Assembly: GCA_000934665.2 (NCBI GenBank) | Contig: JYFJ02000077.1 | Span: 62,001-126,000, forward strand | Length of the DNA: 64,000 nucleotides | Origin: Catajapyx aquilonaris | Taxonomy: Eukaryota | Reading direction: 5' to 3' | Shown here: positions 1 to 12,600 of the stretch, piece by piece | Numbering within the stretch: the first letter of the stretch is position 1 | Layout: each line of letters opens with the position of its first letter | The notes under the pieces: generated by a model | Told to the model about the DNA's origin: nothing | Database searches by the model: none | Seen by the model: only the letters and a program-made list of their open reading frames with translations | Program-made: the position numbers and the translations under genes

Positions 1-437
1 GAAGTGTGCCGTGGCACAAAAAAAGGTGCCGGCCACAAAGGCACGGAATGCCATTTCCCAACGTCGATAACCGATATGAGGGTCAATGACAGTTGTTGTT
101 CAATGTTGCAATGTGCCTGAAGGTAGACATGTCCCTCTCGCAAAACTTTGTTGTGCCATGTCTTATTATCTGCCCTTATACTCCACAACAAGCTCGCAAA
201 ATGTCCTCTGACATACTTATTCCCTGACGCCTATGTCGCAAACTCACCATAGCCTTTCAACCCGTCTTTCTGCCAGAATCTGTATCTCAATTTATTGGCC
301 TGCTTCCCAGTATGCTTCGACAACATTCCGTAACGCCATACTCAAAGGGTCGAGGGGGAAGTCATAATCATGTCAGTATCATAAATGCACACAAGCCGTA
401 ATAAGCAGTACGTAAGTCCTATTAATTAATCTTACAG

Positions 438-741
438 CCTGTTCATGTCGGCATATCTGACACTGGGATTCGAGTATGCCGCCGAACTGACCTACCCGGA
501 ACCGGAAGGCACCACCGGAGGACTGCTAAACGCCTTCCTGTACCTATTCTCCGTGGTGTTCACCAGCTTAGGAGGCTACATCCTGAGAGCCAGAGGAAAC
601 CTAGCTTCGAATCTCTTCTGCTGCGGGATCCTCCTGGTCGGTCTCCTGGCCACCGTCCTGATCCGACCGGACCTAAGACGACAGGCCGAGGTCAACAAGA
701 AGGCCGCCGAGGCTGAGAAAGGCAAAGAGGAGAAGGTCTAA
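438..741 (+). CDS. FLVCR-family (SLC49A, MFS) transporter, copy 1; last exon only, 5' part outside the window
   Basis: Acceptor cttacag ends at 437. Translation GFEYAAELTYPEPEGTTGGLLNA...IRPDLRRQ is the FLVCR C-terminal motif. Stop at 739-741. Confidence 0.9.
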
Positions 742-2117
742 AAGGGCACAATATCAGTAGCCAGCACGGTCCCAAGCTGGCCTTGGTACAGAATGAATGC
801 TTCTTGAAGAAGCGCAGTGTTGAATGGTCGGAGGAAATTGTTCCTCATTGGGGAGACTCAACTGGACTATGTGGTCAAGGTCAACACTATTTTAAATACA
901 TTGCAGAGATATAGGACTGGGGGCTTCTTCCAGGCAGTGATAATAACGCAGCCAGTGAGTTGGCACAAGTGGTAATATAGATAACGTATCGAGTAGTTCC
1001 TTGAATGTTGTCGTTCGGATTTTCCAGGTGTTCGTTATTGTTATTTTTTGTGTTCTAAATTTTTGGAGAGATCCGAATGGCAACGTTTTTTTATAGCAAT
1101 GTACAATCAGTGCAGTATTATTTGTACAAAAGAGTACAGAGATGTATACCTTCGCTGGTCGAAGATTTTGATGAAATATTTTAAAGGGTACAATGGCCTG
1201 AAGACGATTAGTCACTTTTTTACAATTTGGATTATTTCCTGTACCTTTCAGAACACACTGTACAGAAAAGTATACAAGTGCTTAATCCAAACCAAATCGT
1301 TGAACTAAACACTTCTTTCACTGTCCTTTTTTTCATTTTTCTATGTATTGATGTAGTTTTATAGGCTTGTCATTTTCCTATCAGTACTTGACATACTGGA
1401 AGTTTCCTTTTAGATCGGTACTTTCTTACCCCGATTCTAACTACATTGTGTAACATGGAGGCAATAGGGAATGACTAAACAGTAAATACTCTACCATTGT
1501 GATAATACAGTTTACTCTTTTATAATGCTGTACATATTCAATAACTCCCTGAAATACTAGGCTAATAATAATCACATTTTTCTCCATAAAGACTGCGTTT
1601 TTTGTAAAGTGAGAAATTTTCTGTACTGTGCTTTGTGTATAATGCACTTATTAAAAATTGTTGAAATAGAACACGTCCTATCACGAATTCATACCCGACC
1701 AGGTCGCCAGAGGTGAATGTCCGACAGTCACTGAAACACTGATTAGATATCGTTTCGACTCCTGCTTCCATATTCAGAACTTTCAGTCTGGGTTTTGAAG
1801 GTACACTAAAAAGAGAGGAGGAACCCGTGTCGTCACCAGCTAGATTAAAGCACATGTAATGAGATATTATTAGACGAGTATAGAGGCCGCCGCTCAAGGA
1901 AGTTGCAAGGTAATTGAGTGACGGACCTCGACGTATCTGCAACATCCAAACAGCGATCAACATAAAGGTAAGGATTAGTCGTGAGTGCGTCACGTGATCA
2001 CAAACGTTCACGACCCCTCCAGTGTTTATCAGTCATCAGCATCGTTGTTTTCACTGGGTTGGGAGGATAGGGCTATTTGTTATTATTTCCCATTCAGTTA
2101 CCCCAGAGTCACGCAAA

Positions 2118-4544
2118 ATGAACGGAACAACAAAGGTGGAGGAGAACGGCAATGTCGAAGTCGTCCAACCCACAGCGACACCAACTTTTAAAGTGTACAA
2201 GCGACGCTGGATTATGCTGGCGCTGTTTTGCACTTGCGATCTGTTCAACTCGTTTCACTGGATCGAATATTCTGTGATAGCTAACATCATCTGCAAGTAT
2301 TATGGCGTGTCTGGTCTCGCGGTGGACTGGTTGTCTGTGGTTTACATGCTTACGTACATCCCATTGGTCATACCAGCGACATACTTCATGGAGAAAAAGG
2401 TACAATTCTCGATTTTAAAGATGAAGCACTCTTTGGACCTTTAGGAGTTACAATCACCTGTTGGATATCACTGCACTGTTACGCAATAGAAAAATTACAA
2501 TCGCAATGTCATAGTTGTCATAGTATTATACACGTGGTAATAAACGCGCATGCACCTTGCATTTGAGCGTGTCGTGGATGATTGATTGATTATACTTTTC
2601 ATGGCGCAACAGCAGCTGTAGCTATACTGCGCCAGAAACAAAATTACGAAGTTAAGTTGTACAGCTGTTAACTTACATTACACATAGGAGACAGAGGTGG
2701 ATATACATTATGTAATACTGTAATAATCATCACGTTATATGAGCACATACTGACATTTTACAAAAAAATTCATTGCAGGGTTTGAGGATTGGAATGCTGC
2801 TGGCCGTCCTGGGAACAACAATAGGCAGTTGGATAAAGGTTTTCTCAGTGTCACCAGACAGGTTCTACGTCACCTTCATTGGACAGACAGTGGTTGCCAT
2901 AGCTCACGTGTTTCTCTTCGGAACACCTGCCAGACTGGCAGCAGAATGGTTTGGACCCGATCAAGTGTCCACGGCATCTGCCATTGGAGTTATTGTCGGG
3001 GAAGTAAGTGACTGTGGTGAGGTTGAAGCGATACAGAATGTGCTAATTAAAGGCGTAACTCATTCGCGATGTAGGGATTATGACGTAATGGCCTATACTT
3101 AGCCGAATGTTTGCCAAAGTGATAACTGCAGTGCGATAATGCAGCTTGCCCGCTTTACATTACGCATTACAGGGGCAATCGTGCTCCAAATATTCACCTC
3201 ACTATTCCTATTACACAATGGATTAATATGATGCCTCATGATAAATATTTCTTTCAGTTTGGTGTCGCATTGGGGTTTTTGCTTCCACCTATTTTGATAG
3301 GAAATCACGACAATCTGGACGATATCGGTTCTGACCTTTCAACAATGTTCATCGGATGTAGTGTTCTGCCCACAATACTACTGGTTGTCATGTTTTTAGG
3401 TATTGTATCTTTGCTCATAATGTTCTTCATAAGTGCAAACGACAAAAGAAGTAAACCATTTTAATTTCTTTCAGTTTTTCAAAAGTCTCCCCCAACTCCA
3501 CCTAGTGCAGCTAGAGCCAAGGTAGACAAGAGCCTCACGACAGTGTCCAGCTTCAAGAAGTCGCTTCGCAAACTGATAACCAACAGAAACTTCGTTTTGC
3601 TATTGTTTTCTTACTCTATCATTGTTGGAATGATGGACAACGTGTCTACTCTCCTTAATCAAGTCACTCTCATCTATTTTCCGGTGGGTTGACACCCTAG
3701 GCAGATATCTCTTTATTGGTCCCATTCCTCTATGCAGAATCACGAAGAGGATGTAGGACGCATGGGTGTCACCAGCATTGTCAGCGGATTTCTAGGATCT
3801 TCGCTGCTGGGGATGTTTCTTGACAGAACGCACAAATTCAGGTACCGCACACGTTTGCTTGCACTTTGCACCTTTCACATATAACGTCCAGTCCGTAAAT
3901 ATGGCAAGATCTGCCACAAAAATACTGCACGCTTGATAATATCTAAAAACTATATTGAATTTTGTTCTACTGTAGAAATCTTTCACGCATTACAAGTGTT
4001 TAATGATCTATTGCAGAGGAAGCTCCATCCTTGTGTATATTCTCTATGCTGCATCCCTTTTAAGTTTTACATTTGCATTGTCCGTGCAATGGCTACCGCT
4101 GATGTATATAGTCATAATATTTATGGGGTAGGTGACAACTGAAAATTACTCACAAGCTGTTCTATCTGGACGCAGTAATAACGAACCCCTTTCCTTTCCA
4201 GATTTTTCAGTACTTCGTACTACTCCTTTGGTTATGAGTACGCAGCTGAACTGACTTATCCTGAACCTGAAGGTGCATCGTCTGGTCTCCTGAATGCCAC
4301 TACCTTTCTGGTTGGATCCCTTCTAATCAATATATCAGGTTACATCCTCCACAGCTGGGGAGACAGAGCCATGAACCTATTCTGTGTGTCGATGCTGTTG
4401 ATAGGCTTAATATTTACTGCCTTCATTCGCGAGGATTTGAGGAGGTATAAAGCTCACCAAGAAGGTGCAAAGGCAGTACAGCTAGAAATTATGGTGAATG
4501 GTAATGCACCAGAGGATAGATCTCAAACCGATAATCTTCTCTAA
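2118..4544 (+). CDS. FLVCR-family transporter, copy 2 (7 exons)
   Basis: Exons 2118-2399, 2779-3003, 3258-3399, 3475-3683, 3738-3841, 4017-4127, 4202-4544; all GT-AG and frame-consistent. Motifs KVYKRRW, WIEYSVI, ARLAAEWFGPDQVSTA, STLLNQ, DRTHKF, EYAAELTYPEPEG. Confidence 0.92.
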
Positions 4545-4978
4545 CTTTCTCAAAGCCTAATTGCATCAAATGTTCGCATGATCTGTGCATTATTTGTACT
4601 CTGGTATTGTATTTTGGTCACATGTGTAAAAATAAAATATGCCAAACTAATCAGTAATGAAATCACTGCACATACTAATTGAGAAAATGTGTCCTGTAGT
4701 CCCCCGGATCTTATGACAACTTGGCCCGTACAGTGAATCCCAAAAGAAATATGTTATGGCCTCACAAAAACTCGAACTGATGGAGAAAGAAATGAACTCC
4801 CCAACACCATGACAAGTTCATCAGAAATTTGAGAAGCAACCGCAACCTACTCAAACTCATCGCACATTTAATGACGAAAACTCATTGTAGGGGCCCACGA
4901 GTCAAAATTCCAGTTCTCTTGTCCAAAATAACACGCGACATGACAGGTATAGTCTACTGATTGAGTGTTGTACGTGTA

Positions 4979-5076
4979 CAGGGTTTCCGACCATGGGTGT
5001 CCCATCTCAATAAAGGCTTCACCAGGCAGCCCCTACACACCCTAGAAGTCTGTCCCGAATTACAGGAAACACCCTG
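4979..5076. mobile_element. Small Tc1/mariner-type MITE remnant
   Basis: TA-CAGGGTTTCC ... GGAAACACCCTG-TA: imperfect terminal inverted repeats flanked by TA. Confidence 0.5.
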
Positions 5077-6247
5077 TATAAACCAAACCAACTCTCCTTA
5101 CCCCTTTCCAATCACCCGAATGAAATAACTTAATATATTCACTTATCAGTTAGTCATCCTTCTTTACCTGCCTTTCCCTTTGATGTGTCGTAGAAAAATT
5201 GGCTAAATTCCTCGCGTGATTTCTTCGTTTCATGGTCATGAGCAATATGTGGTGAGAATGGGAACCGGCTCTTATAGGAGCCATAAGCCTGCTGGTAAGG
5301 TCTGGCAATTGTGTGTGAGTGATACAGTATGCAGTGTATTGTACGTTATACAGGGCTGCTTTGCAAGCATGAACACCGTCCAGTTGCAACATACAGTATG
5401 TGGAACTTCTGTTCGAGTCATGTGTAAATGGAACATACGGTGCTGTAGAGGGTTTTGCATTTGCCGGGAGAGCCCAGGCGGAATTGTTTCTACATTGGAA
5501 TTCCTGACGTATTGTATTAGCACTCTTCTCAGACGTTATAGTATTCCTTGCAGCGTAATATTAACATGTTGCACAGCTAAGCATCAGCGAATGCAACGGC
5601 ACAATGGCACAGTGCGGTGTGCGTCATGGAGCCGACAGCACTAGCACTTGGTCGGAGATAAAGTTGGCAAGAGATCTAGTGGTTCAGTGTTCCCGTACAA
5701 TTAGAACAAAGTGCTGGCCATTCCGGATGTGTGCTGTGGTGTAGCGACAAGATAACCATATTATTTTCGAGATTATTTTGTAAACTTGCTGCTATTACTG
5801 TACAACTGGTAAGCTATAGCGAGACCTTTCTCATGGCTCGCACATTTTTTGATCCTCATTAGCTTTGCATGGAAATATTTCTAATTTATGCATAAACAAA
5901 AGTTAACGGACATATTCCGAATTGCAGCAAAGGTCAGCTTCAATCGCAAAGATTCGTAAACAATGAATATGTCACCATAGGACTTGGGCTCTGAGAACAA
6001 CGATTGTATATTTTGTGTTTCCTCCCACTGAACCCTGACCTTGCAATAACTTTAACTTATAGTGAAATTTTAAAGAACCTTTGCCTTATTTAAGTGCACC
6101 ATAACGAGTTTAATTAGTCGAGGATACTAAAATCATCAAATCATCAAATCATCAAATATTATACATCGGTATGGATAATGCTTGGGGCGTTTAATGTGCT
6201 TTCCATGAAATTGCTTAAATCACAGGTACACCTGACCAGGATACACA

Positions 6248-9213
6248 ATGGTGAAAAAATTTCATCCGTCCGAAGTCCTTATGATGGACGCTGAGGTCAA
6301 AGTGTACAAAAGAAGATGGGTCATGCTGGGACTGTTTTCCCTGTGCAACATGTGCAACTTATTTCACTGGATCCAATATTCAGTTATAAATAACATTATC
6401 TGCGAGTATTACAATGTCTCCGCATATGCTGTGGATTGGTTATCAATGATCTACATGGTGATGTACATCCTGTTGGTCATGCCTGCATCATACTTTCTTA
6501 ATCAAAAGGTAGGTCTAATTAATCAACAACAAATTTAATCATATCTTGCAAAGACCATGCAGATTTACTTTACTGCTTGCTTGCCTGCTTGCTTGTTGTA
6601 AATTTATGGCACCTACAGCTTTCTATCTATAGCAGAATAATTACTGGGTTAGCAAAATATATATTTCTTCAAGTTGGATGAAAGTTTTCAAAAGTAACGA
6701 GTGACACTGAAATGTTGGACTTCCTTGCACTTCACAGGGTTTGAGATGGACAGTTACCGTTGGAATATTAGGAACAGCCGTAGGAGGCTGGATCAAAGTG
6801 TTTTCAGTGAGTCCGGACCGCTTCTATTTGACTATGATAGGCCAAACTGTGGTGGCCACGGCTCAGAGCTTCCTTTTTGGCATATCAGCTCGTCTGGCAG
6901 CTTGCTGGTTCGGTCCAGATCAAGTTTCAACAGCATCCGCTATCGGGTTTCTCTTCGGAGAGGTATGCAATACAGTGAAACCTGTACAATGTACATAGAG
7001 GAAGCGCTCCGTTCCGAGGAAATTTTCAGAAGTTTCCGCTATGAACTGGTTTCACTCTGTGTTATTCAAGTGCTGTATCTATTTAAAGTGACTCAGTTTA
7101 TCCAACTCTCCTAAATGGTTGCACTCAAAGTGATACAATAAGTAACAGTCTGGACCTCTTACCACTGCGTGAGAGTGTCGGTTCGCTAAGCCTGAATGAT
7201 TTTTTGTGTAATTTTTTGAAATAGTTTTCTTTTTATGAGCTAATGAAAACCTAACAGAATAAAATAATAAATACATGTATCTATTGCATCTATGTAAGTG
7301 TTCGGTAATTGCAATTTTATGTCTAAATTCTAAGTTCTAAATTATAAAGTCTGACATTGTAATCGTTCAGGTGACCCCTATGGCGGCGCGGCAAAATAAT
7401 AGTAGGCTATATGAGTTTTATTGCCCTTTCAATGCAGCCACGTCGACTATCTATTAATAACTGAACAACCGCATTGTATGAACAGAGAGCACTTCCTGCT
7501 GAGTAGTAAAAAGTAATAAGCTATGCTCACCGGTTATTGCAGTGCAATTATGCCGAAAAGCAACGTGGCACTATAGTCGCTGATCGTGTTCTGGTATAAT
7601 ACGTCTATGCAGCATTAAATAGTTCCACAAAAAATGAGTCACTTTCCTACGGTATACAGACGCAGTTCCAGTGGTGCTTATTATTCATCCCTAGTATTTA
7701 ATTCATGTACATTAATGTATTCATGTATCCATTTACAGGTGGGTGTTGCATTAGGATTCGTTATACCACCTATAATGGTAGACGCTCACCCTCTTCAGGA
7801 GCAAGTTGAAAAAGACCTCAGGTTGATGTTCTACTGTGGAAGTTTAATTCCGACAGTATTACTCGTTTTCGTACTCATATGTAAGCAAGTTCTGCAAACA
7901 ACTAAATCACTGAAGCTTAATGTGACTAATTTCTGCCGTGTGCATTAAGGTTTTCGAAGGGCCCCACCTCGGCCTCCCAGCATTGCAGCGGCCACAGCAA
8001 ATGAAATTGCATCAGCAACTGACACTGCCAGTTTCAAGACGTCTTTAAAGAACATCATCTCAAGCAAAAACTATATATTTTTACTCCTCGCCTTCTCCAT
8101 CTCCAACTCAGTTCTGGATTCCCTCAACACTTTACTCAACAGTTTCATACTGTCACATTTCCCGGTGAGTTTCTATTAGCAAAAGACACAAGACCCGACA
8201 AAATAATTTAGAACTCTACGCTACACTCCACATATAGTGCACACTTCGTTGGCAAGGTTTCATTGAATTGTAGATTTGTGTCATATGTTGCATTGGAACA
8301 TTTCAGACAAAAGAAGAATATGCTGGAGAACTTGGATTGCTGAGCATCCTGACCGGATTAGTCGGGTCGTTTCTGTTTGGCTTGCTGTTAGATAAAACGC
8401 ACAAGTTTAGGTAAAAGTTTAATTGATTTTATCATCTGCATGGAGTAGACTACATGTTATGAATTGTGGAATAAGGCGAATATAGCCATCTGTTCTTGAA
8501 CAGTGTAACTATTTGGGATGCAATAATACTGAAATAACAGTTGCACTGCTTCTTTTCAAGGGCCACATCAATATTCCTGTACGTCCTACAAATTGCTTCA
8601 TTCGTTGCTTTTGGAGTATTCCTACAGATGGAAAATATTTTACTGGTGTACGTAATGATGGGTCTTCTTGGGTAAGTGACCAACGATTCTGGTGCAGTAC
8701 AGTGTCACACTATACACACACGGAAAAGGGATGACTTCCTAGAGAACCTGTGACAGTATTGTAATTTTAAAAAGGCCGGAAACTGACTACCGGAAAATAT
8801 CACTGGTTTTTATTTAGGAAAGACCTTTCCTAAATAAAAACCTCGCCTCCACTAGTGAAAGATCTTAGATCATTGTAGTTTCGACATTAATTTTATGTTT
8901 TGCATGTTCTGCTACTAATAACTCCATTTTTCACAGAGTTGGAAGCTACTCATTTTATACCGTATCATACGAGTATGCAGCAGAATTGACGTATCCTGAG
9001 TCGGAGGGGATATCGTCTGGAATCCTGAACGCCGTCATGTACTTCATGGGGATTGTGCTAACTGTTGTGTCTCGCTCAATTTTACACTTGTTCGGTGACT
9101 TTTGGGCGAACGTGTTTTACGTGTCGTGGTTGTGTGTCGGCTTCATATTTTGCCTTTTAATCCAAGGAGATCTGAAGAGGCAATATGCGCAGAACGGTTT
9201 TTATACGTCGTAA
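6248..9213 (+). CDS. FLVCR-family transporter, copy 3 (7 exons)
   Basis: Exons 6248-6508, 6738-6962, 7739-7880, 7950-8164, 8307-8410, 8561-8671, 8937-9213. Same intron positions and phases as copy 2, and the same motifs. Acceptor at 6225 suggests an upstream non-coding exon (possible donor at about 5808). Confidence 0.92.
8806..8842. repeat. Short hairpin palindrome in an FLVCR copy 3 intron
   Basis: ggtttttatttaggaaag-ac-ctttcctaaataaaaacc, 18-bp perfect arms. Confidence 0.8.
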
Positions 9214-9622
9214 ACAAAATAAAAGAATTATTTATTAGCTACTCTTGTTCACTCGATTGCCCTGTCGCGCTGTCGCCTCCATTATCCTATAGGTGCTGGT
9301 GCAATTTGCCTCTTGGCGCCGAGTTCACCCAAGTGTTTATTGCAAGGTCAGGCTATACGGGAAAAGGTAAACAATCCCTGATTGCTGTATGTCAACTGCA
9401 TCTAAAGCGGACGTGCTGCCCATGGCATTATTTTGCTCTTCAAACAGCCACCGATATATATTGTTCATTGACATTCATTGTTTTATCAAGGTTGGTTTCC
9501 ATACAAACTCTTGTTTGTTGACTTGGTGTATTTTCATTGTGACTTGAAATAATGCTTGAGCATGCAAAAACCACAGACAGTGACATTGCACATGTCGTTT
9601 ATTAACTTTGTTTCCTTACGCA

Positions 9623-12600
9623 ATGGATATACATGGTGATGACTCAAGGAGATCGAGCAGCGGTACAATCAGCAGCAGCAGTGACAGCCTTCAAAGAGAA
9701 GCTTCAGGTTGTATTTGCTCACTAAAACAATAACCTTCATCAACTTTCAATGTTCAGCTTAATTTCGTTCACACGGCTTAGTTAAGTTATTTAAAGCGCT
9801 ATGGTGGTGATAACCATTTATAACTTACATATTGGATATGCCGTCTATTCGATTCAGTGTGTAATCAAAGCTAGATAAAAGGTGAATTAGTTACATTAAT
9901 AGGTGGGCGTGTAGCAAAATTTACGCCACACACTAATCATTGCGACATGCTTGGAGACACAAGAACAGTATTTCGCCAGAGAGCAGCAGCACCACTTCCC
10001 CAGATATGCAATGCATATCGGTATATTACCGTGCATAATGAAAATAATGTCTCATATTCACGACTTACGAGTATAATGCAGTATATTGGACTTTCATAAA
10101 TGTGTATATCTTCTTTACTTTATCAATTGTTATGATCCATCACTAATTTATGAACTTGCCCACTTATTTGCAGGATCAAATGGCCGCCGTCACCGTCATT
10201 ACCATCACCATCGCCATTCCGTTATTGACCAATGTAAGAAAGTGAATCATGCCTGGCACATTATGACTGCTCATTTTCATATTTTCATATTTTGTGACAG
10301 CTACACCTCCTACCGAGCGGGTTGCATATCTTCTGAGAGACTATGACAGCGTGTGCAGCACTACGCATCCAATATTTTCAGAAATTGATGAATTGGTCAC
10401 CACCGGAAATAATGAGCTAGAATGGAAAGAAACCGCCAGGTATTTCCCTTTCACACTTCCATCTCCTCGTATATTTGTTACAATTTTTATTAGGTAGGGC
10501 TATTATATACGGTAGGACAAAAGTCAGCTAAAGTCCGGTATCCACGTACAAGAATCTCGCATACGAGGAGCTGCGAGGAGCCAACTGTGCATGCCCAGAT
10601 ACGAGGAAAGGGGAAAAAGTAGAAAATTTTCAACTTTTTCCCCCTTTCCTCGTATCTGGGCATGCGCAGTTGGCTCCTCGCGGCTCCTCGTATGCGAGAT
10701 TCTTGTACGTGGATACCGGCCTTAAGATATGTATCCGTGTAGATCTGAGCTAATTTCTGTTCGACCTGGGTATATACTGCAGGTGGCTGAGGTACGAGGA
10801 AGATGTTGAGGAAGGAAGCAACAGGTGGTCAAAACCTCACGTGGCAACGCTCTCACTCCATTCCTTGCTGGAGTTGAGGTGTTTACTGGTCAAAAAGACC
10901 ATTATTCTAGATATGGTGACGAATTCTTTAGAAGACCTGCTGGAGCAGGTCATGGATGACATGGTCGCTAAGAAGCTTTTGTCAGAAGAGAACAAGGATC
11001 ATGTTAGGGCCGCCATCTTGCACAAAAAGTCCGGTAAGAATCCCTCCCAATATGTCAGAGTTTATGTTCAACATAATCATTTTGCAGAAGCGTGCAAAAG
11101 AACGATCCTGAAGGATTTTCCTACCACCTTGCATAGAGAATCCAGCACTATATCTCAGTCCAGCAGCGTGATAGAAAGAGGTACTTTGGCAGTTTTCTTC
11201 CAATTCCGTTGTAATTCCACAGGAAATGCATGAAGTTCTTTTTTCCTTCCAGAAACATTTACCTCTATGACCAGGCAGGAACTTCCGGTTAGTAGTCTAC
11301 TCGACACCAAACTAAGATCCCCAATTATTTATACATAAAGTGCTATCTGCGTATCAGCGTATGGAATTCTTCCATGCAGCATATTTTGTGGACTATAAAG
11401 TCGCAAACGTGCTTACTTCTGTACCTACCACACGTTACGACATTCCCTTGGCCATGCTTCCCTTTCAGAACGCCACACTCATGAAGCAAATTCCTCCAAG
11501 AACTGAAGCCTCCAACATACTAATTGGGGAAGTAGGCGTTTTGACCAGACCCATCTCTGCTTTCGTGCGTTTAGCAGAGGGAGTGAGACTGACCGGCCTC
11601 ACAGAGATCCCTGTCAATACACGTTTTGTGTTCATCTTACTCGGTCCCGTGGTCAGTTAGACTTTCCATGCCAACCTTCACAGATTGAAACAAAGTCTAT
11701 GCTGTAAAACTTTTGTAAACAATCTGATTTAGGGTGGAATTAGTCGATATCATGAAATAGGACGTGCAGTGGCTACCATCATGACAGACGACGTGTTTCA
11801 TCTCGTGGCTTATAAAGCGACTAATAGAGAAGACTTGTTGGCAGGATTCGACGAATTCTTGGATTCGGTGACTGTTATTCCTCCGGGTGAATGGGATCCT
11901 TCCATCCGAATCGATCCTCCGGAAAACATGCCTAGAAGCAACTGGGTAAGTTTATTAAAACCATAATGTATGCTTATTTTTATGAAAATAAAAGAATGGA
12001 GCCTTCCTTTTAGCGATTAAATAAATACACAAACGAAAAAGAAGTAGACGAAGAGCTTGCGTCAAAATTATACAAGGATAAATGCGGATTATTTCTGAGT
12101 GGTCATTTCTTTGGAGGCCTTGTGAACGACATCAAGCAAAAGCTTCCTTGGTATGCCTCCTCCACAATACTATACAGTATATCCAGCTTCATACAAATTA
12201 TTCCAATTTACAAAACGTCGTTTCAGGTACTTGTCCGATTTTAAAGATGGATTTTCCATACAATCAATCTCGACAATCATCTACATGTATTTTGTATGCT
12301 TGACTCCAATCATCACTTTCGGAGAGATACTGGGAGATTTCACAGAGGGTCACATTGCTTCCGCCGAGAGCCTCCTTGCAGCTGTAATATGTGGTGTGAC
12401 ATATGCTCTGACATCAGGACAACCGCTTGCTATCCTGGGAGAAACTGGACCAGTTCTGGTTTTCGACAAAATGTTGTACCAATTTTGCAAGTAAATATTC
12501 GATTCAATAACAGCAGGATAATACTGTACAGTAATCTACGAGGTTCGATTGTTCAGTTTAAGCTTACTTTTTTCCCCCTTTTACAGAGATCAGGAATGGG

